From Eledone cirrhosa (taxonomy: Eukaryota): a DNA stretch of 64,000 nt. The DNA lies in assembly GCA_964016885.1 (NCBI GenBank), contig OZ024741.1, positions 151,590,001 to 151,654,000 on the forward strand, in the 5' to 3' direction. The first letter of the stretch is position 1; every line of letters starts with the position of its first letter. Shown piece by piece: positions 25,230 to 39,880 of the stretch. The notes under the pieces are model-generated. The model was not told where the DNA came from and ran no database searches. It saw only the letters and a program-made list of their open reading frames with translations. The position numbers and the translations under genes were made by a program.

Positions 25230-25372
25230 GAGAAGAAGAAGAAGAAGAAGAAGAAGAAGAAGAAGAAGAAGAAGAAGAAGAAGAAGAAGAAGAAGAAGAA
25301 GAAGAAGAAGAAGAAGAAGAAGAAGAAGAAGAAGAAGAAGAACAAGAAGAAGAAGAACAAGAAGAAGAAGAT
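25230..25372 (+). repeat. (GAA)n microsatellite
   Basis: Long, nearly pure GAA run. Confidence 0.95.
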
Positions 25373-26046
25373 TGCCTAAAACCAAGTTTTTAAGAAAAAA
25401 TATATAAAAACATCTTTAAAAAAAAATCATTCAAAACCGTAATACTACTACTGATGATGATGATATGCTTGTGTAAATTTAAACTATAATTTAATTAGGA
25501 GCGAAATGATGCATACATGCAAGCTGTTCGATTTATTCTGGACGCCGTCTTTTATTTTTATTACGTTACCTAATAAACTCGGCCGCCTAAAGTAAACCGA
25601 AGCAAATTGTTTACAGAATCCCCTAATGTAAAACTTTGCAAGAATTAATGTCATTCCAGTATCGACCATTAATTTAGTTTCTTATTGTTTGTAGTTTAGT
25701 GTAAAAAGCGAAAATAAAAAAGAAAGAACAATTTGAAATGTTTTAAATAAACTGAAAGGATGGAGAGAAAACATTAATAGGTCTTAACACTTTAGTTGTT
25801 TCCAATTATACGTTTAAGCAAAGGGTATTAATTGAATTCATCTGCTAGGTTTAATTAGAAAACGATAAAAATTAACGGCAGCTTTTAGATTAATTCAACT
25901 TGGTATGAGGAGTCTAAGATCTGATGTGTGATGTGTGTATTTACGATAATAGAATGAAAGAAGGATGAACAAATATACAGATAAATAAACATGTATACAG
26001 CTAGGTGGTTAGATAGATAAATAGATAGGTAGATCATTTTATATAG

Positions 26047-26079
<33 letters not shown>

Positions 26080-26321
26080 CTGTGTGCGTGTGTGCGTGCG
26101 TGTGCGTGTGTGTATAACTATGGGTGTGTATGTATGCATGAATGTATGTATATACATATGCATGTGCATATATATATATGTATATGTATATATATATAAA
26201 TTAATAAAAACAATGAATAAAAACATCAAACATTTTTGAATGCATCTTCTCTTTTCATATTTGGATTACATTGAGTTCTTCATACGGATTGGACACTACC
26301 GTATATTTTGGTAGATTTATC

Positions 26322-26383
<62 letters not shown>

Positions 26384-26908
26384 ATGTGTGTGTGTGATAG
26401 TGCTTGTGTGATTGTGAGTGTCTGCGTGTGTATGTTAAGATTGAGAAAAATAAACTCTTGAAATTAGGAGTGAACTTCTTATGACATAATAAACGCTGTT
26501 ATATTATAAATACATTTATATAATGGACTACCAACATACACAGAGGGAGAGCAGAATCGTTGATAATAGAATATTTAGACAAATTATTTAGATTTTGAAA
26601 TGAAGAAGAATTGTATAATACAGAATTAAGATTCTAGATCAGAGACCTGAGAAATAAAATTGCTTTTCGCTGAAACACAGACGCGTTAATAAAAATAACA
26701 CTATCACACAGACAGAGAAACAAAAACAATAACAAGATAAACAAAAGAAAATGAAGGAATTCTGAATAATCTCTTTGATAAAGGTGCAGTAATAGCTGTG
26801 TAGTTAATGAGTTAAGTCTAACAGTAATACCATGGAAAAATATTTCCAAAATAGCTTCGGTTTGATCAATGCGGTTTGAGTAGAATTTGGTTGCCGGAAA
26901 CTATATTT

Positions 26909-27005
<97 letters not shown>

Positions 27006-29250
27006 ATCTTACATGATTTCTGGGTCGAAACATAAAGTACCAGTCTCTAGCGAAGGGTTGGGGTATCTGTTCCGTATCTTTTCATTTTTACTTCAAATGC
27101 TTCCTAAGTGTTAGAGAAGCGCCAATTACCATTTGCCTAGCATTGATAAAAAACATTCTATAGAATGCGAGTACCAACTGAGTGGAATCGAGACAGAGTT
27201 TCCTTCATTTGAAGTGACATATACCTCGTTGGAATATTTCTGTCAGTTCCGAATATTTATGCTATCAAGACAAACAAAATAATTGATGTTAGGAGGAAGC
27301 TGTGAATGCTCTTCCTGCAGGGTTGAAACAACAATATTTCGAAACTAATTTCAAAAGTGAGGAAATAGCTAACAATTCCACAGTGTTGATAACGACATTG
27401 GACAGCAGAGGTACTGAAAGTAAAAGTTGAGCTGATTGACCCTTCTTCGGTTTCGACGATGAGAACTCAGTTTACAATCAACTGAACGTCCGACAGCTTA
27501 AATTAACTTGTTAAGTGTTGAATAATCCACCCATATTTCTCTCCTTAATGTAATTTCTAGCAAAATCAACTGATACCATACCTGACAATTTCCGACCTTT
27601 GAACTACAAGTACAATGCTTCGGATGGACTACCACACTTTTTACGTCTTCACAATTTCACTCACAAGGTTTGGGTTGACTCAAAGCTATGATAAAATACC
27701 TGTCCAAGATGGAATCACGAACGTCCCATTTGCGAAGTAAATTTACCCACGCAGCCATACCTGGATTCAAGAAAAGGATAACTACTCTTGAAATAAAAAC
27801 ACATGCAAAATTCGACTCCCGGTTGAGAAAGGAATGGATATCCATCGGTTTCCACGATCAGTGTTCCAGTTGTAAGATCAACGGAATAGCCTGATAGTGA
27901 ATTAACAGTGAATTTACCGAGCATTCTACAGGCACGTTTACGCTTAACGTAATTCTCAGTGAGATACAAAGAGGCACTAAGCGATAAGGTTAGCTCTATG
28001 ATTTACAGGTGCAATCCATGTGTCTCATTTCCAGACAGATTTTGTCTACACAATTTCCCTCATATTTATGGTAAAGACACTTGCCTAAGATGGAACCCGG
28101 AGCCTAATAATTCCGAAACAAACCATACGGTTACTTTACCGGATTTCTTCAACTATTATTGTAGCCATTTGTGTGGTGATCATAATAAAAGACGATCACA
28201 ATACCCTTAAAACACGACTGCTGCCAAACTTTGATTCCGATAGTGTATAATAATTATAACACAAACTGTCCGCTGTCTCTTGGATCAGGCATGAATGACA
28301 CTACAATTAGTTTCACGCGGCCTGTTCAAGTTTACAATATTGGGCTAGACTGTGGTTACCGAAATAAACCGATACATAACTTGGTATATTATATTGAACA
28401 ATATAGTGTGGTGGGATGGGCAATTGAAACCGAGGCTGTTTATCTGTGTATCTCAGTTCACTTCCACGTCACTTTCTCTCTAACGCATTCGCTATCACTC
28501 CCACCGTCTCCTACTCTCTCTCTCTCTCCCATCTATCTCTCTCTCTAAATAGGTGTGTGTGTGTGTGTGTGTGTGTTTGTGTGTGTGTGTATGTATGTGT
28601 TTATATATATATATATATATATAGTCTATATGTGTGTGTCTGTTTGTCTATTACTGTATTGGTTTGTATGTCCATTCTGGGAGTATGCATAAGTATTAAT
28701 ACCCGTATGCGTGCGCTTATGTATGAGCGTATGTGTATGCATGTCTGTTTGCCAAACTCTTTGTCTCATAACGTCCCTTTATTACACAGAGCCACTCGTT
28801 TCCACTCTTAATCAAACAGCAATGGCCGTTATGAGATTCTGAATATTATGAGTCAATTCTTGGCTTGAAGAGATTTCCTGACAGAGTAAATTTACTCATA
28901 GAATTGACAATATTCTTCAAGTATTTTACAAGTATTTCTACATATTTCCGTTTCCGTTTTTGTTTTGTTCTAATTTTTTTTTTGGGGGGGGGAGGCATGA
29001 GAGGGGAGACTGTACTGTTGTAATCTCGAGAGTTCAGCAAACCTACCAACTCATCCCCAGCTTCTTTCAGGAAAGTGTATTTATTTAGATGCTAACTACC
29101 ACATATGTTTTCAATATTTAACTCTTTATCCTTCTACCTATCTATCTTTCTGTCTCCATATACATACATATACACATATCAACTCTCTCTCTCTCTCTCT
29201 CTCTCTCTGCCCTCTGCGCAACACATACCCAAACACATGCATATATATAT

Positions 29251-29410
<160 letters not shown>

Positions 29411-29593
29411 GTGTGTGTGCGTGTATCTCTGTGTGTCTGTAGGTATGTACATATATATGTTTATATATGTATATATATATAATCTGACGGTTACAACTCC
29501 TGGCAGAATCATGAGGAATTTGAACTCAGATTTCACAAAGCCGGATGAGATGCCGTAAAATAGCTCGTCCGAATCTTAAACTATTCCGCCAAT

Positions 29594-29715
29594 GGACTGG
29601 TACTCCATGTATAAATCTCGAAAGGATGAAAACCAAAGTTGACTTCGGCTCAATTTGAAAACAGAGTGAAGCGAGTGGAGAAATATTCAATTCATTCGAT
29701 TCTCTAATGGATTGA
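29594..29715 (-). mobile_element. Degraded Meta-domain-like SINE
   Basis: actggtact...cgaaaggatgaaaaccaaagttgacttcggc is the reverse complement of the SINE core. Confidence 0.5.
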
Positions 29716-30757
29716 GCAAATCGACTCCTCCACATAAAAGATGACGTCGACGAATGTAGTCTCGCAGTTGTTGCAGAATCCTGGGAGTAGCAATATAACT
29801 ACCCCAATGGAGCCGATGCATGATTGAAGGTATTAAAAGTATTATCATGCCACCGTTTTAAGACGGTATGCTGTGCTTAAATGGAGATTTCGTTGATAAT
29901 ACTATAATTCTAGTGGGTGGCAGATACAACCACAAAGTAGACAGACCACCTAGTTAGCCCGCTCATACCAATTTTAGCATTGGAGTAGTTATTGCAATAA
30001 CTAATATAGCAATACAGAACCAGTGAAGAAACTACAGTATTTGGAATTCTATGTGAACACACGTCTGCTCAAATAAATGCGTTTGGCTTAATGGCTAGAG
30101 TGTTTGGCTCACAATCATTACGTCTTGAGTTTCATTCTCCGTGGCGTATTGTATTCTTAACCTGCAATTCAAAAAGCTTTCCTTGCCATTTGTCGTGCTG
30201 AATCCACCAGAGAATTGGGTTTAGGGTACACATATCTACGGAAGGTTCAACTACTTGCAGGCTCTTCCGTATATTGAATCAATTACAACACTCGTCGTCG
30301 GTATCAACCGTCCAGCATATGTGAATTTAAAGTGAGAAATCGACACCTCAAAATGAGATCTTGGCACATGAAAGTGAGACCGTGGCACTTCATGGTGAGA
30401 TTAATTACATCAAAATGAAACTTTATGACTCGAAAGTGACAATAACCATTAACTGGCATGTACTCACTTAGAGTTACGAATATTATAGTTAATCAACCAA
30501 AACTAACAAGTAGAAGTGACGATGAAAAAACGTCTAACAGCGAGAATGCTCTAGCGAATAACGTATTTGCTGACAGTAATATATATTCCCGTAAAACCTA
30601 CTTTAAAATTTACTGCGTTGTTGGGTTTGTTTTCTTCTTTTCGTTGTCCTTTTTGTGCAAGTCTTCTTCGTAGTGCAATATGATTGTATAGAATATAAAG
30701 AATCTTATATTCACACACATATACAGACATACACAAACAGACACACACATACGCACG

Positions 30758-30820
<63 letters not shown>

Positions 30821-30877
30821 TTGTGTGTATTTATGTCACTATATGCCAGTACATCTATACATGTTTATATATATGTA

Positions 30878-31248
30878 CTCTCGGGTCTCGAATAATCGTC
30901 CCCACCTACTGCTTATTAATTTTTACAGATTTCTCTAACCCCTGCTCATATTCTCATCCCCGCTTTTTTATTTTTACTAATCTATCTGCGGCGAAATTTT
31001 ATTCTAAATAGTAGCATTTCTGCGATATTTAATTTTCTTTAGACATAAAAAATATTATAAATGACAAAAAAATTCCTTACCAAAAATCCCATACGTTATA
31101 AAATCAATAGGATGGGGTGGAGTCACAATATGTAAACTAAACGACTGATTAGGGATTTCTAAAACAAAATCAAGGGAGACAACCTAGAAAATTACCGATT
31201 TTCCAATCCCTCGTTTATTCTAGCCGCCTATTATTTGCGACCCAAGAG
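30878..31248. mobile_element. MITE / non-autonomous Tc1-mariner-like element
   Basis: Imperfect TIRs ctctcgggtctcgaataat and attatttgcgacccaagag, each flanked by TA (30876-77, 31249-50). Confidence 0.65.
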
Positions 31249-31259
31249 TATACTTATAG

Positions 31260-31350
<91 letters not shown>

Positions 31351-31382
31351 GGTGTGTGTGTGCGTGCGTGCGTGCGTGTGTG

Positions 31383-31426
<44 letters not shown>

Positions 31427-31475
31427 TGATGAAGGAAGTTGTAGTTTACTTGAAGCATGATATATGGTATAAAAG

Positions 31476-31561
31476 AACTCGAAGTTTGAAAGCCACGACA
31501 ATGTGGATTGGACGGATAAATCCACCCAATCCGCATTGTCGTGGCTTTCGAAGTTCGAGTT
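31476..31561. repeat. Short palindrome (~37-bp arms)
   Basis: aactcgaagtttgaaagccacgacaatgtggattgg pairs with ccaatccgcattgtcgtggctttcgaagttcgagtt. Confidence 0.8.
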
Positions 31562-31604
31562 CTGTATACATATATATATATATATGGGGGGAGGGGGGGG
31601 TAAC

Positions 31605-31639
<35 letters not shown>

Positions 31640-31788
31640 GGGGGGGGGGGGGGGGGTAACGTATATATATATATATATATATATATACGTTTCGGAAACG
31701 GGAGTTTCAGAAGATCCCGTTAAGGTTGAAAGCAGCGATTCTTTGTTTAAACTTTAATCTGTTATTTTAACACACGCACACGCGCACG

Positions 31789-31844
<56 letters not shown>

Positions 31845-32086
31845 TGTATTCTGTTTTATATACGGCCGTTGCTTACATGTTACATGTTTCCAGCTGGTAA
31901 ATCGGAAGTCTACCGAGTTTGCGATGACGAGGGTGATAAGAGAACTTATGGCAATATAAATACAAGGAAAAGTTAATATGTTTTATCGCAAATGTCAACA
32001 AAAGATATACACATACTCACACACACCTTGATACACATAATTATCACATACAAGAATGTCTACATATATATGTCCGTGCACACACA

Positions 32087-32119
<33 letters not shown>

Positions 32120-32141
32120 ATAAGTGTATTTATAGTTATGC

Positions 32142-32251
<110 letters not shown>

Positions 32252-32629
32252 GGAGAGAGAGCGAGAGATAGATAGATAGAGAGAGAGAGAGAGTGAGAGA
32301 GAGAGAGAAATAGATCGATATCAGTTTTTGTATATGTATCAATATCAGTATGTGTATACAATATAAATCTAATACAATCAACAGATATATACCCAAAACT
32401 GTCCAGGCAAAAAATCAGATAGGAATTTTGTGATAAGAGATTTATGCTAATATTCTATTCACATAAAAGGGGAAACTTTGTGTTTGTGAAACCTTACAAT
32501 CATCGCAAGAATATTATCAGCTACACTTTTGTGTAAAAGTCGCGATTCAGTCACTCACAGTAAAAGCATATTCAAGCATTTCAAATATACAGTAGCCATT
32601 CCATCCAACAATCAATCAATCATATATAT

Positions 32630-32681
<52 letters not shown>

Positions 32682-32699
32682 AGTTTAATACGAAAAATT

Positions 32700-33213
32700 A
32701 ATTCAGAATCCCCCCCCCCCCAAAAAAAAAATACTGATATACGAGAAACTAAAGCAGAGATACCACTAAGAAATCTGGAAATCACGGAAATGGGGCAGCA
32801 ATCAGATAAGAAAGCAAGTATCTGGGGTCTAGCACATATGCTATGAAAAGCGGGTTCGACCAATTCTATCATAGAATAGGGGGTGGGGTGGGGGTACTGA
32901 GGCTACAGAGGAACGAAGGGCTGCCTCGGGGTGGGGGAGAAGGTGAAAATAAGGACGACAAAGAAGGAGAACTGGGGTGGAAGGACTAGGAAGGGATGGG
33001 GGAAGAAGGAAATATAGAGGAAACGATAAAAAATATATAAGAAAATCTTACGTCTACCTTTGTAAGCAGGGGTTACCCATTACAAAGTCGGCAAGTGGGG
33101 TGTTACAGCCCTTATCTACCCCCCCCCCCCCCGGGTCATTATGGGGTTTGAGGGCGAGGTAAGTCCTACGCAATCTGTGTGTGCATGCAGTTACTAGTTC
33201 GTCTTTCTTGTTT

Positions 33214-33215
<2 letters not shown>
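32700..33215 (-). mobile_element. 3' end of PLE (family related to 2300-4695): last codons of EN plus start of 3'UTR
   Basis: Minus strand NKKDELVTACTHRL resembles LNKKSEAISACKRK. 32710-32960 aligns with 3090-3245. Confidence 0.65.
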
Positions 33216-33273
<58 letters not shown>

Positions 33274-33396
33274 TTATATATATATAAATTGAAACAAAAT
33301 GAAAACGAAATTTCATTTCTCACTCTTAGTATGGCACTTACTTAAATGTAAATATGTATGTATACGTACATATGTATGTACGTATACATGCATACT

Positions 33397-33436
<40 letters not shown>

Positions 33437-33558
33437 TATGTATCGTATATTTGGGAATAAGCCGTATGTTTAATTAAAAACATTCAGAAGACCATACGCT
33501 ATCAGTTTTAAAGTATTGACTATGTCACTTTCTTGTTTTCGGTGAAAGAAGGGAGAGA

Positions 33559-33600
33559 AGCTGACAATCTGTTTCACGTTGGTTGCCGTTCATCAGAGCT
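33559..33600 (-). ncRNA. Canonical-core type I hammerhead ribozyme
   Basis: Minus strand reads agct-CTGATGA-acg(gcaaccaa)cgt-GAAA-ca(gat)tg-TC-agct; all core nucleotides present, GUC site. Confidence 0.8.
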
Positions 33601-33797
33601 ACGTACTCCCCTGCTTTCGCCGAAAATTATAGAAACTGGATTCTTATAGAAATCCAGTAATAATCAGGAGCTGATTATACAGAGCGATTGCCGGTCCAGC
33701 AAAAATTAGGTATTAAGATTGGTGCTCTGAAATAGCGATGTATACATTAATGTATGTATAGTATATTTGGTAATATATATATATATATATATATAAT

Positions 33798-33966
33798 ACA
33801 AAGGACGATTTGTTATTTCTTCATTACGTTACCACGGCAGAGATCCAACGAGCTTTTGTTCCAGAGTCGTGATAGATCGATACAGGTCGAATCTTGATCT
33901 GATCAATAGCGAAACGCGCGCCACTACTCCATAAACGTAATGAAGACATACCAAATCGTCCTTTTT
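33798..33966. repeat. Small element with ~31-bp terminal inverted repeats next to (TA)n
   Basis: aaaggacgatttgttatttcttcattacgtt pairs with aacgtaatgaagacataccaaatcgtccttt. Confidence 0.65.
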
Positions 33967-34011
33967 ATCATTGTTATAATTACTCTCTGCTTAGTTCTAC
34001 ACCTCCATATC

Positions 34012-34678
34012 ATTTCATGTACACGAGCGATTAATGGTTACCTTTGCCATAGTGAAATAACTAACAAATAATTTTATCGCTCTACATGGCTGAATACAAT
34101 AAATTTAAGTCTGTGTTTTTCGTATATTAATTATAATATTCGATTCGTTTGCAATTATGGAAACAGCCTGTTTAAGCCATGTGAGTAGCCATGTGAGTAG
34201 AATGACCCCGTGGTAGAGCGATAAAACTATTTGTGAATTATTTGCCGATGGCAAAGACGGCCATTAATCGTTCGTATACATGAAACTGACTGTCTTGTCT
34301 GCTGATATACAAATCTGGATGATCAGTGGGTCAGCTAATATGCAGATATGACTGATTAGGCAGTCTGCTAATATGCAAATCAGGCCGATCAGTCACTGTA
34401 TGTTCCAGATAATATCCTATATTTTCACTAGTTCTGACAGTAGGCATGTAAACAGTATACAGTACTGATGAAGGGTAATCACCAGAAACATTAGTGCCTG
34501 CCGTTCTGTTTATATGGCCATACAAGAGCAAGAATGACGGAGTCATTCTACTCACATGGCTTAAGCTGGCTGTTTCCATAATTGTAAACGAATCGAATAT
34601 TATAATTAATATTCGAAAAAAATCAGATTTACATTTCTTGTATTCTGCCATGTACATGTAGAGCGCTAAAACTATTTG

Positions 34679-34680
<2 letters not shown>
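34012..34680. repeat. Nested inverted repeats, probable decayed PLE end structure
   Basis: 34012-34085 is inverted at 34213-34286. 34063-34208 is inverted at 34540-34680. Ends at (TA)n. Confidence 0.65.
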
Positions 34681-34753
<73 letters not shown>

Positions 34754-34765
34754 TATATGTATTTG

Positions 34766-34849
<84 letters not shown>

Positions 34850-35419
34850 TCTTGATTGATTGTGTAGATGTATGGATTATTGTATGAAAACACATACTTT
34901 CCCCCAGTAAATTTTATCCGTCCTTTCTTCTTCTTACTCTGTCTATCTTTCTATCTTTCTTCTTTTTTCTCATTCTATCTGCTGTTGAAAGACTAACGAC
35001 AGAAAATTTAAAACACGTTTCCCACCACAGAAAGTCTTAAATTAATCTATATCATCATTGTAGTCTATCGTTCTCGGTGTTGATTTATTGGCTGACATTT
35101 TAGATGTACCCACACACTCGAACACACACACACAAATATACTTGCGGTTACTTGCTTACATGTACAATTGTCCCGTGTTCCCCCTTCTATCGGTAGTTTT
35201 TTTTTCCTTGTTGTTTTCTCTCTTTCTTGTTTTCATTCTCTCCCTCATGGCCTTTTGATAGATAATTTTGATGTATAGTTAATAATGCGCAGAAACATCT
35301 GTGACCCGTAGTTAACTACTGACGAAGGGAGACTGTCCACCTCTTGTTTGTATCTCTTACCTTCTAAAACCCGTTATCAGTAACCACACATCCCTCCTCT
35401 CATCCATATTATATATATA

Positions 35420-35565
35420 TAACGAAGGAAGTGTGGTAAGGAACCAGATGGACCATAACGCACCAGAGTACTCAATACTTAGGGTAGTAGAGTGGGTAAT
35501 AGGAAAATGTTCAAGACCTCGACGGCAGAGCTCAAGCCGTTTCGACGGCTATTTCTGGATTCAGT
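35420..35565 (-). repeat. PLE terminal fragment (family of 590/4560/10484)
   Basis: aacgaaggaagtgtggtaaggaaccagatggaccataacgcaccagagtactcaatacttagggtagtagagtggg...gagctcaagccgtttcgacggc, lying between TA runs. Confidence 0.75.
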
Positions 35566-36119
35566 ATATATATATATATATATACAGTGATTGATTGATT
35601 GACTGATTGATTGAGTGGCTGAAGGAGAGATTTCAGGTACGATTTTTTCTTGTGTTGTTTTATGTAAACATTTGTAAGTTTACAGTAGCTGTCTTAACAT
35701 CGATCTTTTATAACTTACGTCCACTAAACCCTGTATTTCTCCATAGCTACCTTTATTATATTAGTATATATCATTGATTCTTTAGTCTTCCTAGTAACTT
35801 ACATCCTTCCTTGCTCAGGCTTACAGAATACTGACACCTCGATAGTTTAAACTTTCCATTATTTTTCTTATATTTTTATTCTATGTATATTATTGGTTTT
35901 TCTGTTATTTCTTTCCTAGTTCTAAACCTTTATTTTTATGCCTATTTATTGTTTCCCTATTTCCGTATATACAGAAAAAATCTTGCCGTTGTTTTCTTCA
36001 CATTGCGTTAATTATTCTAATCAGGCAGCTTTTGGTTTGGTTTTAATATCTCTTCCTGCTGTTCGCTAGTTACATCGTAATTGTTTTCTATTTTTATAAA
36101 TCCCATTTATCCCAATGGG

Positions 36120-36155
<36 letters not shown>

Positions 36156-36280
36156 TCGTCCGAGATATATAATCTAGTATTGGTTTCAGATTGGACTCAC
36201 GCCATAATGGATCACTATATTTATTTATTATGTAAGTAACATGTTGACTTGAGAGGCAATGAGAAAATAGGAAATTTGAA

Positions 36281-36470
36281 ATAATTGTTTCTACTTTAGG
36301 CACAAGGCCAGCAATTACCCAGTGTATTACTGGTACTTTATTTTATCGACCCCGTAAGGATGAAAGGCAAAGTCAACCTCAGCGGGATTTGAACTCAGAT
36401 CGTAAAGGGACGTAACTATGCTGGAAAGCATGGCGTCCGACCCTCTACCGATACTGCCAATCCACCGCCC
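36281..36470 (-). mobile_element. Full-length tRNA-derived SINE (Meta-domain-like)
   Basis: Reverse complement of the 13180-13372 copy with high identity. Confidence 0.82.
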
Positions 36471-36635
36471 CTCCAGGAAATTTGAAATAATCTTACCTAT
36501 GTCTATCCATATTTTACCATCTCCAGGGGTATATGACCCGAGTTTCTTAATCATCATTTGCATTGGCCGATTATTATTGTTTTGTGCATTTGTGTTAGCA
36601 CGACTACATTCCACACACACACACACATATATATG

Positions 36636-36666
<31 letters not shown>

Positions 36667-37039
36667 GTATATGTATATATATATATATTTATATATATAT
36701 ATGAGTGTGTGTGTGTATGTGTGTGTGTGTGTATGTGTGTGTGTGTGTGTGTGTCATCTGATTTTATAAGCTACGCTTTATAGCGAGTGACTTGTTTCCT
36801 ATTTTACGGTATAATATATAGTCACTTGGTATTGCTATATCAATATGTAATATGCTATTCTCATTTATGTAATATAGAAATTATGTCTGGCTAATGTTTC
36901 ATCTAGCCGTGATCTCTTTAATAAAGTTATATGTGTTTGCATTGTCATATTTTAAGACAGGTGCAGCAATGCCATTATTATTACCATTATTTTTGTTGTT
37001 ATTATTATTATCATTATTATTAGCGTTTTTATTTTCCTT

Positions 37040-39810
37040 CATTATTGTTTCTGAGATATATGCCGAGTGTCTTCCCGACACCTAGGGCAAATAAATTCAC
37101 AGTGTGCATTGGTAAGCCAGTTAATACAGCACATTGATTATAAAGAAAAAAAACAGTATACATATATACTCATGTGCATATGTAAATACAAGGAGGGATA
37201 TCAATCTTACAGTGATAGTGCTCTTCTCTATACGTGTGCAGTACCAGTCAAAACAATTTTTTGCACCTCGCGCAGAGAGGGTAAACCAGGAATCATTCGC
37301 AAATATTGTTCTGTTCCTTTCTTGATCATTCCCAATCCTCCCACAATCACTGGTATTGTAACTGCCTTGAGGTGCCACATTTTCTCAATTTCAATAAGCA
37401 GATCTTTATATTTTCGTAGCTTGTCAAATTCTTTAGCCGCAATATTGTGATCACATGGGATGCTCATATCTATCAACAAACAGACCTTGTTATGTTGATC
37501 TTTTATAATGATGTCAGGTCTATTTGCTTTTATGGTCCTGTCAGTATGTACAGGAAAGTCCCAGAGAATTGTTACTTTTTCTCCTTCAGTTACAGCCTCA
37601 GGGCGATGGTTGTACCACTTGTCTTCAGCTTTGATTTTGTAATGCCGACATATTACCCAGTGTAGATATTGGCCAACTCTGTCATGTCTATATTTGTATT
37701 CTGCTGGTACTAAAACTTTACACCCGGAGACTAAGTGATCCACTGTTTCAACCCCAGCATTGCAGATTCGGCACTTTGGGTTTATTCCGTTTCTCATCAC
37801 ATTGGCCTGGTAATTACGAGTCAATAAACTTTGATCTTGGGCAGCTAAGATGAAGCCTTCACTCTCCGCCTTTAGCCCTGAACTACTTACCCACTGATGG
37901 GTGGGCTTTTGGTCAACATCAGCTTGTTTGCTTCGGGCCACATATTTGCCATGCAGAGGTTTCTGCTCCCAATTTGATGCTAATTGTCCTTGCCCTTTTG
38001 CTTTTGCCAGTGATTTTATGTGCCTAGCAGCATCAGTTGCAACAGTTTCTTTAGTCTGTCCAGCCTGGGTATGAAGCATGAGATCAGTAGCATATTATTT
38101 TGTTCTCCTCCAAGATAGAATGAAGCTTCTTACTTCTTTCATGCTTTTCAACAAGTTTCAGCATACAGTCGTTAGTTGTTTCAAGGTATTTGGCCAGTCC
38201 AATTATGGTGGTATTGTAAGCAAGTTCAAATTGGATCAGGCCACAGCCTCCTTGAGTTCTAAGAAGGTAAAGACGATCCACATCTGCTTTTGGGTGGTGC
38301 ATCCTATTACAGGTCAGTAGCCACGGACTTTGGTGTCGATTCTTTTGATTTCACTCATATTCAAGTTCAACACACCGAAGCTATAAGTGACAACTGGGAC
38401 TGCCAAGGAATTTATGGCTAGCATCTTGTTACGAGCGTTTAGTTCTGATCTCAGAACTGCACGTACTCTCCTGTAACATTCTTTCCTTATCCTATCTTTC
38501 ATACTTGAATGCTGTATGCCAGAGCCCTCATTAATCCTTAAGTATTAATAGGTTTGTTCCTGCTCAAGTTCCTTTATGATTGTTTCAGCATCCAATTCAA
38601 CCGAGTCTGAGTTGACAAGCTTCCCCTTCTTGAAAGTGGCTTTTGCACACTTGTCAAGTCCAAACTCCATCCTGATGTCATCGCTAAACGTTTTTACTGT
38701 CCGCAAAAGGCCTTCCAGTTCGTCATTATCTTTGCAATATAGCTTCAAATCATTCATATAAAATAGGTGGCTTATTTTTTTGTTGTCAATTCTATAACCG
38801 TACCCTATTCTATTAAGTTCGGATGTAAGGGGTATTAAAGCTATACAGAAAAGCAAGGGTGAAAGTGAGTCACTCTGGAATGTACGACAGTTGATGTTTA
38901 TATTCCTAGAGCACAGTACCCCAGTGGAATGAGACAATTAGAGATTTGTGTTCCATAATGACATATTGTGTTTCAGGAAGTTTGAGATCACAGGTGAGAT
39001 TTTGAAGATGTCCAGTGATTTCAGAATCCATGAGTGTGATATGCTGTCAAAGGCTTTTTTATAATCGATCCATGCAAAACTGAGATTTCTGTGTTTATTA
39101 TGACAATTCTCAAGGATCATACGATTAATCAAAAGTTGATCTTTGCAACCATATGAACTTCGTCGGCACCCTTTTTGTTCAATGGGGAAAAGATTGTTCT
39201 CCTCCAAAAACAAGTATGCTTTTTCCATGAGAATATAGGTTAATAGTTTATAAATGGTGGACAAGCAGGTTATGAGCCGATAGTTTTGTTGATCTTTGGT
39301 TTCGTTGTTCTTTGGTAGAAGGTAGGTAATGCCACTTGCTATCCAATCAGGTGTATTTTTTGGATCTTTCATAATTCCATTAAGCAGCTTGACCAATATA
39401 TTGTGAGTGCACGGGAGGGAGGAAAGCCATAAATTTGGCGCACTGTCTCTACCAGGAAATTTCCATTTATGAGATTTATTGAGTGCTCTCCTTAAGTCCA
39501 CTATAGAGATGTCTTCCCACGCCTGTTCTTCTAAATTTGTGTATGATTTTTCCAGGCGACTAATCCAATCTACATTAGCATTATATGTCTTCTCATCACT
39601 CCAAATCTTACTCCAGAAGTTTTCAACTTCTTCTATGGACTTCAATAATTATTTTTTTCTTCCCTACTTCTCTATAAAATGACTTGGCATTGGATGAGAA
39701 CAACTTATTTTGCCTGTAGAAGTTTTTTCGCTTACGAATCTACGAATTCGTTGGGCTTTTACTTGGACTTTTTGCTCCAGAGATTCTTTTGTTCATCACA
39801 AGGACTTCAC
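37040..39810 (-). mobile_element. Degraded 5'-truncated R4/Dong-type non-LTR retrotransposon (family C)
   Basis: Frameshifted ORF pieces: WIDYKKAFDS, FQSDSLSPLLF, LFYMNDLKLY, CRICNAGVETVDHLVSGC, RHD, RPDIIIKD...IDMSIP...DKLRKY. Bounded by (TAA)n-like tracts. Confidence 0.9.
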
Positions 39811-39827
39811 ACTTACTATTATTATTA

Positions 39828-39879
<52 letters not shown>

Positions 39880-39880
<1 letters not shown>

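Noticed and set aside
25073-25393. Poly-Glu / poly-Leu ORFs
   Set aside because: (GAA)n microsatellite.
27180-28230. Possible host exons or transposase remnant
   Set aside because: No convincing motif, continuous frame or splice pattern could be supported by eye.
31705-31745. Hammerhead-like cagaaga-tcc(cgttaa)gg..gaaa in the 11400/13020/31700 repeat
   Set aside because: U4 is A in all three copies, and no stem III, UH site or stem I can be drawn.
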